Source: Phaeosaccion multiseriatum
Lineage: Eukaryota > Protista > Ochrophyta, other classes
Length of the DNA stretch: 64,000 nt
Assembly (NCBI GenBank): GCA_965112735.1
Contig: OZ218952.1
Coordinates: 2,294,001 to 2,358,000, forward strand
Direction of reading: 5' to 3'
Shown: one piece after another, positions 50,565-60,308 of the stretch
Position numbering within the stretch: the first letter of the stretch is position 1
How the letters are laid out: the number at the start of each line of letters is the position of its first letter
Program-made: the position numbers and the translations under genes
The notes under the pieces: model-generated
Seen by the model: only the letters and a program-made list of their open reading frames with translations
Told to the model about the DNA's origin: nothing
The model's database searches: none

Positions 50565-51123
50565 CCCTCCCTTCCTCTCCCTTCCTCTCCATTTCTCGCC
50601 CTCGCTCTCCCTCTCTCTCTCTTTGCTTACCTGTGCCAAAGTAAGATACGTTCCAAAGTAGAAGAAGAGCGTACCACTGAAGAGCCATGCGACCACCATC
50701 ACAGCTGCGGCGGGAGAAGGGAAGGTGAGACCTTTTTCTGACAACTTACTTCGCGAAAGATGAAACAAGCAAGGCGCAAGCACTCACCGAAGAAGGCGCG
50801 GAACTGAAGCATAGCGTCGACTCTCATTCCTCCTTGCTTGGCATCTGCCCATGGTGGGTGCTTCCCCGGCTCGGAGGGTGTCGTCGAATGATGGGTGTGG
50901 TCATGATGGTGATGATTAGCAGCGACTATAGACGGAATCATTCTTGTTCGAGACAACAGCTGCTTAGATCTGTTGCTCCTCTGCTTCACTCGGAGAGGGT
51001 GCTGCTGCTTCTCCTGCTCCTGCCCTGGTCAATCTCGGCAAAAAGGTACTTCATATGCAACTCGGCGGGAATTTCCCCGTCGTCGGAAGAGGTGCCATTT
51101 GTGATTGGATTGGCCTGATGCAT
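43841..51123 (-). CDS. Two-pore-domain (TPK/K2P-like) potassium channel with EF-hands, many exons
   Basis: TM1 VAWLFSGTLFFYFG; pore 1 TLAQ|SYYYSIQT|GLSVGFG (25-nt exon 50285-50309); TM2; EF-hands DSDGDGQLDFEEF and DEDKSGTLTIPEF; TM3; pore 2 WTFVESLYFAVSALSTAGLF; TM4 TG|IPIFAMALG; C-terminal EF-like IDQEEFLCLM. Both ends of the gene are uncertain. Confidence 0.82.
44357..45975. repeat. (ACTG)n tetranucleotide array of about 1.6 kb, intronic
   Basis: About 400 nearly perfect units with one phase slip near 45676. Confidence 0.97.
46685..48095. repeat. (GGAA)n polypurine array of about 1.4 kb, intronic
   Basis: Imperfect GGAA tract with internal block duplications. Confidence 0.97.
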
Positions 51124-51192
51124 CGACGACGACTGCACCCACAGCCATATTAGCTCCCCTCTTCCCGTCAAAGGTCTTCAAAGACACTCAGA

Positions 51193-53003
51193 ATGGCCAA
51201 GGGGAGGAAGGGGTCCGGCGGGAGGAAAGGTAAAGCTTCGCCAGGCTCCACACTTCTGAAGAAGGGTGGAAATGCCAGTAAAGCTGCGGCTGCGGGGTCT
51301 CGCGGTCCTGCTCCGGGAGGAAGGTGTGTGTTTGTGTGGCATCTCGTGTATACGTGTGGGTGAAAGAGAGAGAGAAACAGCTCAGCTCGAACTGCTAGGA
51401 GGGATTGTTGCAGGGATCCCCAGTCCTGTTCTCGTCTCACTCTTTCTATCCTCCTCTCCCCCCCCCCCCCTCTTACCGCAAACACCAGTGGCAAGGCCAA
51501 GGGGGGTGGCCTGGTCCTCCGTAAGGCCACAGTAGGCTTCCGAAAGGCCAATGGAGGAGCTGGGGAGGGTACTGAAAAACACGGAGCAGGAGGGGCCGCT
51601 GGAAAGGGGGCACAGGCCCGAGATGTGGCCGGAAGGAAGAGGGGCCGAGCCGAGCAGGTGCCCTTGCCATCGCCAGCCGCCTAGCCTTGTAAGGCCCAAG
51701 TGTCAGCCTCCGCTCACTCTTGGTCCTCCCTCTCTCCTCCCCCCGGCCCACCACTCTGTGTCCACCTCTTGCCCCCCCCCCCCCCTTTTTCTGGTATACG
51801 CAGCGGCTCACTCCTGAGCAAGCTGCTCTCCGAGCTCAGTACGCCGCCCTCGATGAGAGGACGAACTCGGGAGGGGCACAGCATCGCGGGAGGAAGGGGG
51901 GCGGCGCGGGGGACCTCGACTTCGGCCGGGCAATGTGAGAGACAGACAGACAGAGAGGGGGGGAGGGAGAGAGAGAGAGGGAGAGGGAGAGAGAGAGCGA
52001 CAGCGAGAGAGAGACAGACGCAGGCATATCGAGACGGAGGGAGATAGAGAGAGATGAGACCCCCCGTTGGTTGCTCCCTATCACAACGGATCTTGCCTGT
52101 CCTTGCCGGACTCACTCCCTACTTTTTGCCTATAGCCTGATCTCTTCTCCCTCTCTCTCTCTCTCTGTGTCTCTCTGTCTCTCTCCCCGTGGTACGTCCT
52201 GCTTTCTTGTGCGGACGCTACCCTGTCTGCCTGCCTGTCTATCTGATGCCCATGCCAAAAGGCCGTTATCGCGGAAGCGCGGAGCCGCAGCTGCCCTCAC
52301 CCTCGCGCCCCCGTCCGTCTATCTTGGGTAAGTTCTCGGCGTTGTGCTCCTTCTGCTGCACTGCGTACTGCTGCTGCTTAAGTGGTCCCTCTGCTGCTGG
52401 CTTTCTTCATGACGGGTCCCTCTTCTCGCACGAGAGCCGCTCCTCAAACGTCTTTCCAAGACCTCAACCCCCTCTTGCCCTTTTCCCTTTCCTCTCCTCT
52501 CTTCCTTCCAAGGAGTGGAGGGCCCTCAGGTACAGCAGCAACAGTTGGTGATACAGCAGCAGTAGCAGCAGCAGCAGCGAAGGCAGCAACAGCAGCGAGT
52601 CAAGGGGGAACAATGATAGACACGCTCCTGAGCAGCATATCCGATGCACCGGTAAGTGCGTAAGTGCGACCGGCGCTCTGGGACTGCATGGGAGTTGATG
52701 GCCTTTTGATGGTAGGGCTGAGGTAATGCCCCTCCCGCCCCCCCGCCCCCCCCCCGTCCGTGCGTCTCGCTCGCGCTTACTCTCTCCTGCCGCTGTTCTT
52801 GGTGTTGCTACTGCTGCTGCTGCTGCTGCTGCCCTGCCTGACCTCCCCCCCTTGGGCACTACCGCCTCCTGTGTCTGCCCTTTCTCGAAACTCTCCACTA
52901 ATCAACCGCAGGGCGAAAAAGAGACCTTTTCGACCTCTCGACGGCACTCTGGAGACAGCCCGGAGCACGAGCGGATAAAAGGCAACACCTTCTCCATACT
53001 GCT

Positions 53004-53042
<39 letters not shown>

Positions 53043-53574
53043 CGAAGACAGCGTGAGGGAGGGTGGAGCAGGGGGGGGCGGAGGACGGATGAAGCGGCGG
53101 CGTCTGCAGCAGCAGAGCGAGGAGTTGAGCCTCGCACCAGCCACTCTCACCTTTGCGGCCGCTGTACCCCCCACTGCTCCTCCTCCTCCTCCTGCTGCTG
53201 CAGCTGCTGCTGCTGCTGCTGTTGCTGTTGCTCCTGCTGCTGCCACCGCCGGAAGCGGAGGCAGCTCCATCGCTGCCGCTTGCGCTGCTCTAGCCAATGC
53301 CTGTGCCGGGGCCGCCCCAAGCCTGTCAGCTGCTGCTACAGCTGCCGGCAGAGGCGCTGCTACTACCGCGGAAGGCTCTGGTGGAGTACCGGGGGCGGCG
53401 GGAGGTGAGGCGACACGTGCGCTGGCAGGGGCGAAGGGCGGCGGCAGCAGCAGCAGCAGGAGCAGCAGCAGCAGCAGGGAGAGTATCACCAACACCAAGG
53501 TCACAGGTGGCGGCTTCACGCCCACGCCCTCTCAGGGCCTGTTGCTGGACACCGAAGACGACCCTGACCTATAA
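51193..53574 (+). CDS. Hypothetical basic Gly/Ala-rich protein (about 6 exons)
   Basis: Frame-consistent splicing: MAKGRKGSGG...PGGS|GKAKGGGLVLRK...RGRAEQ|RLTPEQAALRAQYAALDERT...|...LTLAPPSVYLG|...ISDAP|GEKETF...NTFSILLDDDD...DTEDDPDL*. Confidence 0.6.
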
Positions 53575-54452
53575 AAGTTTTTTCTTTCCTTTTTTTTTTA
53601 ATTGGCTTCCATCTATTACTTGATGTTATTTGTTTCCAAGTAAGTACACGAGTTACAGCTTCTGGTTGGCTGCGTGCTCCCTTTCCTTTCCGAGTCCCTC
53701 GTCAGACCCTTGGGTCGAGAGCTGGGTATGTTGGGGGGGGGGGGGGGTGGCATCCTGCAGGTTCAAGTTGGTGTTCTCATGTGCCCCTGCCTTGCATCTG
53801 GCTGGTCCTTTCCCACCCCAAGAAGAAGAAGAAAAAGAAGAAGACTTAAGAACCCCCTCAAAAGCAGGGTCGGTGGCGCAGTAGGTTTGCGCAGCAGTGA
53901 GTAGGTAGTCGAAGTGCCCAGCTGCGCTGCCCTGCGAATTAGAGACCCTCCCTCTAAGGAGCGGGAGGCCGGTTCGGTTCGGTTCCAATTATCCGTTTCG
54001 ATATCAGTGGATCTTCCGATCAATCTTCGAGACCGACAACCATCGATACTCCCACACATCAAGATCCACTGGCATCGAAACGGGGTGATAAGCGTCCGCT
54101 CGAGTCCGAAAGCGAGCTGGACTCGGACAACCCCCATCTGTCGACCTCTCCTTCGCAGCATCTCCTTTCAGCACCGGAGGTCGACCAAATCTTCATGGCT
54201 GCATCATCGCTCGCTTTCTCGAGCCTGCCGGCAGCGCACCAAGATCATATCATTAGCGCCCCTTGGTTTAGGCCAACCAGCCTGCCTCCTCTCTCATCTC
54301 ACTCCCTCTCAGTCATCCTCTCCTCCCAGTGCGAACTAAAACCAGTAGGTATGCGCCTGGCTGCTCGTGCACACACCCTTACACACATATATACACCTAC
54401 ATGCACACGCACGCAGTGCACACACGCATGGGGTCGAATGCCCCCCCCCCCC

Positions 54453-54485
<33 letters not shown>

Positions 54486-54505
54486 CAGAAGGCCAAGCAA
54501 GCAAA

Positions 54506-55849
54506 TCACTCCGCCGCCCACACCTCCCGCAAGAAGCTCAGCAGCAAGTCGTGGAACTGCCGTGGCTCGTCCATGTAGCAGGGGTGAGACGCTCCCCCAA
54601 TCACGTGGGTGTGCGAGTCGGGGATGGACGACAGCAGCTCTGCAGAGGCTTTGCCAGACGGGTCCTCGCTGCCGTACAGCACCATCGTAGGAACTGAGCG
54701 GGTTGTACAGGGAGGGAAGCGTGAGTGAGAGAGAGAAGGGGGGGGGGCAGTGGTTGAGTTGACATCCAGCCATGGATCGGCGCGGAAGAAGTGGGTGGTG
54801 AGGAAAACCACACGAGACGCCTCTCATTGATGATGAGGTTACACAGGCCCACTTCTCCCACTTCTCCCACACCACACGTACCCGTGACTTGTTGGTAGGC
54901 CTCGACGCCGTAGTCACGAGTGTTGGTGGGCGCAATGGACACGTAGCCGGCCAGCTGCTCGGGACCTCCCCCCAGCAGCAAGGGTAGCGACAGCCCCCCA
55001 CTCATGGAGGGAGACACCACAACTGCGTCGCTGGCCGGCACATGCAGGGCCTCCAGGACAGAGAGGAGGTACTCCTTCCGCTGACTGGGGACACGAACGA
55101 AACGGAGCAGCAGCAGCAGCAACAACAACAACCACAACAGCACCAATAGCAAAGCGTATCAGAGACAGACACATGACGGAACACTTGCTGGCCCACCAAC
55201 CCCCTGTCATGTGTCGACAGTAAGCAGATGTGGGGAGAAACGTGTGGGGACACCTTCGGACTTGAAGAACACGGTATGGCCTGATCATTCCTCACCTGGC
55301 TCCCATTCCCCTTGCAGACGCATGGCCCACTGCCACTACTCGGTATCCAGCTTGCGCCAATAGCTGCCGACACAACAAAGAGGGGGCGACACGCGTGGGA
55401 TTCAGGTTCAGATTTCAGCACGCTCAGTCACCTCTCCTTCCCTCACAAACCACCCATCCACACTCCCCATCCCCATGCCCCACCTCGCAGGTACCGAGCG
55501 CTACCCAAGTGTTCTCGGAGAAGGCGGCTCCGTGAAGCAGCAGCACCACCTTGTCCCGCGTCTGAGGGGGCTCGCCATTGGTCACAATCTCGACGTGCCC
55601 TCCGTAAACGACAAGCATCTGCGTTCGTAGCGAGGCAGGAATCTCAACGCGCGTTCGCTGTGGCAAGATCTTCCGACCCTTTGGGTGGTCGTCTCCATCT
55701 CTGCTGCTTTCGTCTGCACCCTGCTGCTCGGTGTTGCCTCTCAAAGCAGATACGCGCATCTTCCCCTTGCCTTCGGGGAAGGAAGCACCCTTGCACAGGC
55801 AAGCCGACATCGCCACAAACCCCAACCCGAGGAGACGCGAGAGGATCAT
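54506..55849 (-). CDS. ABHD14: ABHD14-like alpha/beta hydrolase (multi-exon)
   Basis: VLLLHGAAFSENTW, LLAQAGYRVVAV, nucleophile motif VVSPSMSG, VPTMVLYGSED and GASHPCYMD. SPSxSG and HPCY are characteristic of ABHD14A/B. Confidence 0.85.
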
Positions 55850-56054
55850 CAGGGTGCTTTGGTGCGACAGCAGATCAGAAGCACGTCCTTGTGGGGTCTT
55901 CTGAGGCCTCTCCTCGCGTGTCGCGTATGGCGTGTGCGCGCGCCTTTTTGTTTTTAGAATTATCGGTCATCGGAAAAATTCATGGCATTTGGTGCCATCT
56001 GGCCCCCCTCACCCTGTGGGCACTGGACTTTTTTGGGGCACTTTCAATTCATCC

Positions 56055-56307
56055 TCGGCCCCCCGCGGGGCTTCTCGGGCTCCGGGCTTCTAGGCCATAG
56101 CCCCCTCCAGGCTTCGGGCTACTGGCCGCAGGCCAGAGGTCTGGGCTTCGGGCTTCTCAGGCTGGGAAAAAAAATGGGAGACTTGGGCTTCTCACTCCTT
56201 TCCTGCAGGCTTCTGGCCGCAGGCCAGCCCCGGGCTTCTTGCTTCCGGCCGCAGGCCGCCTCAGGCTTCTGCTTATCGGGGGCCCGAGAAGCCCCGCGGG
56301 GGGCCGA
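56055..56307. mobile_element. MITE-like element, family B: 26-bp terminal inverted repeats and 6-bp flanking direct repeat
   Basis: TCGGCCCCCCGCGGGGCTTCTCGGGC (56055-56080) is the exact reverse complement of 56282-56307. TCATCC flanks both sides (56049-56054, 56308-56313). Internal GGCCGCAGGCC and GGCTTC repeats. Confidence 0.8.
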
Positions 56308-56425
56308 TCATCCCCATAAAAAATAAAATTCCGGCCCAACCAACTTGTATTGCTTGTTTAATGCGCAGAGAGCGAAGAGAGAGAAGTATCTCGCTAATCT
56401 CTCGCAGGACTATGAACAGAGGCGA

Positions 56426-58619
56426 TTACATGTCTCCCCCGCCCCCGCGGCCAAAGCCTCCCCCTCCTCCGCGACGGTAGCTGTCTCCGCCCTCGTAGGA
56501 AGGCTGGAAGTCTCCTCCGGGGCCCATGCCCTTGCCTCCTCCGCGCATGCCCTCGGGCCTGTCCCCTGTGGTAAGCAAATCACGTTGAACGGTGGGGTGT
56601 GGGGGGAGAGGGCGTGTGGTGTGCGTGAGGGGCGGAACAAGAAAAGTCGTCCAATCTTCTCCTCCCTCTCTTTCCTTCTCTAAAAAAAAAATCTCATGCC
56701 CTCACAACAAACACCCGCTCGGCCGCTCACGCTCAAGCTTCATACTTGTAAAAACTGCCCCGTCTTTCAGAATGCAGTCGCACTACTCCCCTCCTCCTCC
56801 TGCTGCTGCCAGCTGCGCTTGCACCTTAGCAAGCAAGCCAGCGCAAGCAACAACCAAACCAAACGCACCTGGTGTGGGTCCCGGTCGGGCGGGGCGAGAG
56901 GCGGCCTTCTTGAGGGTGGCGGGCTGGACCTCCTCGGGAAGGTGAAGGTACTCCTGCAGGTACTGGATGCCCTCATCCGTGAGGTAGTAGTACAGATATT
57001 GCCTGTGCGTCGCGTCGCCAAGGGTAGATGGATATATGGATGGAATGTGTCGAGTGGCAGAGGATAACGGAGGGGTGTGTGCGAGGGGTGAGAGGTGTCT
57101 CTGCACAATCAAAGGTGGTAAAGTCAAGACACACACGAGAAAGACAAAGCCTTGTCCTTTCCTCTGCACCTCACAACCTCGGCTGTGGAGTATGCCTTCC
57201 CCACGCCGCCAAGCCAATGCTCCGACGAATCAACACAAAAGCCTTGCAATGCAAAGACAGAGGACGCTATTTGCTTCTCCCCCAAACCTGCAGCGCTGGC
57301 CTAAAAGGCAGAGCAAAACGAGTACGGTGCCTTGACACGCTGCACTGCACTCTCGCTCCTTTCTCAGCACTGCACTGCTAACCAACAACCCACAGCCCAA
57401 ACCAAGGCGCACCATACATAGCCTCCCCCCGCCTACCGCCCGCACAACAACACAGGGGCAGCCCCGCTGTGTGCTCTTCCCCTGCGTCGCGACGCAAAGC
57501 ACGCACGCACGCACACACGCACGCACCAGTTGAAGGTCTCCCTGGTGTAGCCCCTCGAGGTGAGGGACTTCATGAGGCACAGGACCTCGAGGTTGGTCAC
57601 CTCCTCAATCTCGTCATGGGACGGCTTGTAGGGGTCCTTCGAGGCCACACATACGCCCTCCTTGAAGAGGTATGAATACACCGCAAGGCGCTGCTTCTTT
57701 CGGATGAACTGCGGAAGAACAAGACGTGACGATGACAGGCGGCGAGGAACAGGCCAGGTTGGAGGGGGCGGGCAACATGAGGATAAAAGAAGCAGAAGCG
57801 GGGAGGGACAGGTAGGCGACAGGGGAGCTGCTGCGGATAACGGAAGGCCACTGCGTCCTATACGGCGGTATCCATGAGGTGCCAGAGGTGTTCTACATGG
57901 ATGAGAAAAGCCTTCGTACTGGGGTCATGCCGAAGCAGACAGACACAAATTGCAAACTCTCCCCAGTAGCAGCAGGAGCAGGACCGCTCGCCAGGGCTCC
58001 AGAAGACCTCGAGCACAAGTGCAGATAACAGCAGTCGCCGCGCCAGGAGCACATTGCCTCTACCGAAGAAAGTGTCCCCGGCGTCGGTCCGTCTTTCCCG
58101 TCGTACCCCTTTCCGTCAGTACCCCTCCCCGTCTCTTCCATTCACCGCTGCTCCATCCTTCACATGGTCGCCACTCTGGGTGCGTGCGTCTGACTGACGG
58201 AGCCTCTTCGTCCCACAACAAGCAAGGTCTATGTGTTTTTACGGAATCCCTCCAAGCCCACATTCTCTACATGAGCCTGTGGCTGTTCCTGCCCTGGACG
58301 ACGTACACAGGTTCACTGCTCCCCATTCCCTCACTGTTGCTGCTCAAGGCCTTGCTCCTGCTGACGCTGGTACAGCTGGTGCTGCTGGCGGTGGTCGAAG
58401 GCGGGCTCAGGTGGACTCATTTTGCTGCCACAAGAGATAAAAAGCCATCTGCAAGCGGTCGCCTTCTTTTCCTCTGCCCCAAAAGCTCGTGCACGCTCCT
58501 CTCTCCTCTCCACCGCAGCCCTCCTGTTGGCTCCACCCGCTCTCAAACCAATTGTACTCCCCATCCGTATCACCTCACTCGCGTCTCTCTTCGTGCCGTC
58601 CACGACACATACTTACCAT
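56426..58619 (-). CDS. RPS10: 40S ribosomal protein S10 (eS10); exons 58619-58617, 57708-57527, 57002-56869, 56565-56426
   Basis: M|[25 protein letters not shown]...[24 protein letters not shown]|[32 protein letters not shown]... with an RGG tail. First exon is ATG|GTAAGT. Confidence 0.95.
57829..57974 (-). ncRNA. Candidate structured RNA element in RPS10 intron 1
   Basis: Nested perfect stems: 57829-34/57969-74, 57917-24/57961-68, 57843-48/57910-15, 57870-76/57896-902. A UGC-UUCG-GCA hairpin lies on the transcribed strand. Confidence 0.4.
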
Positions 58620-58864
58620 AACGGCGACGAGGGGGGGTGTGCGAACCTGGCAGCAAAGCTACGAGGTTCGAAGTGCTGCACGTGTGCAACACAAGGGGTC
58701 TTTGGGGGAGAAGGGTTGGGGTGGGGGCAATGAGCCTCAGCCGCCTCCCAGTCCAGGCAAAAGTGCCCCGGGGGGCAGAGTTGGGTCACAGATGGCAGGT
58801 CGACTGCCCAACGGGTACACTCAGTCGAAGGTGTCAGGGACGAGGAGGAGGAAGAAAAGCAGCC

Positions 58865-60031
58865 ATGAAAGCTCAGAAGAAGCAGCAGCCGCAGCCGCGG
58901 CAGGAGCGGCAGAGGTCGACGCCAACCACGACGCCCACTGCAGGAAAGAGGAAGAGAGCAGGAGAAGAGGACAAGACACCTCTTATGAGCAGGCGAAGAT
59001 GTGAGTCTCGGCAGCACGGGGAAGCAAAGCTTCTGTCGTGTCCTCCCGCCGTTCCTTCTGGCGGCTGCTGCTGCTGGTGGTACGGCTGTAGCAAAGCTTA
59101 CGCGCTCGCAATTCGAAGCCTCATTTCTCCCCTTTCTCCTCCTCCTTCCCTTTCACCGCTTCCCTTCTGTCCTGCTCCCTGACAGCTGCTTCACTCAAGT
59201 CACCAGGCAGGAGAAGGGAGTCCTACGTCAGCGCTCCCGAGTGGCGAACCTCACGGGCGGAGGAGAGGGATATCGTCCTGGATCGCCTCGTCAAGGAGCT
59301 TGTTCCGCTGCTTGAATCAGGTGCGTAAAAGTACACACAGCTCAGGGCCTGTGTTTTGCGATTAAGAGGGCCAGAGTGATGAAGGAGGCTACCATCTTGA
59401 TACTACCCTATTCGCACTCTCTCTTCCTTTCTCTCTGTGTGTGTGCGCAGAGGACTCCAAGCGTGCCGCTCGTCGGCGCTTGTGCTTGGGGATAAACGAA
59501 GTGACGAAGCGCCTCGAGAAGATGAGAGAACGCGCTGTGGCGGCGGCAAAGCCTCCCCCCCGTCACGGGAAGGACAATAGCAAAGAACCAGTCCAGGCGG
59601 AAGGAGGGAAGAGCAGCAGAATTAGTGAGGACGAAGTGGGTCGCGGATTGGGGCTGGTGGTGTTGTGTCGAGACGTTCGGCCGGCGAGTCTCATCACCCA
59701 CCTGCACCCTTTGCTGGTCTGGGCGCAAGTGCCTCTCCTCGTGTTCCCCGCCGCCAGCAAGAGGCTGGGGGAGGCAATGAATCTCAAGACCATGGCTGCG
59801 TTTGGAATGCTCTACAAACAGAAGGAGCACACCGATGATAAGACGTCACCGCCGGCACAGCAGATGAGACCGAAGGGAGAGCAATCTGCCTGCGCATCAG
59901 TCACTGTGACTGCGGATGCCCCAGATGGGCCCAACGAGGCGGAGGAAGCGGCTGCGATGAGAACTGCCGTGGACTTGCGGATAGACTCACTCATCACCTT
60001 CCTGCAGGAAGGCGCGCAACGTGTGACCTAA
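58865..60031 (+). CDS. L7Ae-domain protein, RNase P/MRP subunit RPP38/POP3-like (exons 58865-59000, 59186-59320, 59451-60031)
   Basis: PEWRTSRAEERDIVLDRL, LCLGINEVTKRLE, LVVLCRDVRPASLITHL, VPLLVFP..SKRLGEAMNLKTMAAFG. An alternative in-frame ATG lies at 58730. Confidence 0.75.
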
Positions 60032-60079
60032 TAGAATACCCAAGGACGGAAAAAAACAAAAACAAAAAAATATATTAAT

Positions 60080-60283
60080 ATTTGCGTAATAATAAAGAGA
60101 ATCGCCCTGCAGAAATGCTGACAAGTAGAGAAGGGAAAGGGGAAAAAAGATGAAAGCCGAAAGGCTATGGATGGATAGGCATCTCCAAGAGCCACAAAAC
60201 ACGAAGAGCTATAGCGCTTCTCCCAGCGTCATTTTGCTCGTTCATCCCTTTCGATGTGGGCGATTCTACGCAAATCGAGTGTT
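60080..60283. mobile_element. MITE-like element, family A copy 2
   Basis: Left ATTTGCGTA...AGAATCGCCC; right GGGCGATTCTACGCAAATCGAGTGTT. Internal blocks are collinear with 26282-26490. Confidence 0.7.
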
Positions 60284-60308
60284 CATTTTAAAATTTAAAA
60301 AAATTCAA

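Noticed and set aside
53630-54340. Several 80-140 aa ORFs between the basic protein and the ABHD14-like gene
   Set aside because: No domain, no consistent splice model and mostly non-ATG starts. A small gene cannot be excluded.
58060-58090. GAAAGTGTCCCCGG resembling RNase MRP CR-I, next to an RPP38/POP3-like gene
   Set aside because: It has extra bases and I found no matching CR-V (GGGGCU) partner or P1-P3 frame.
58609-58620. ATACTTACC resembling the U1 snRNA 5' end
   Set aside because: It is the reverse complement of the RPS10 first splice donor (ATG|GTAAGTAT). No U1 body follows.
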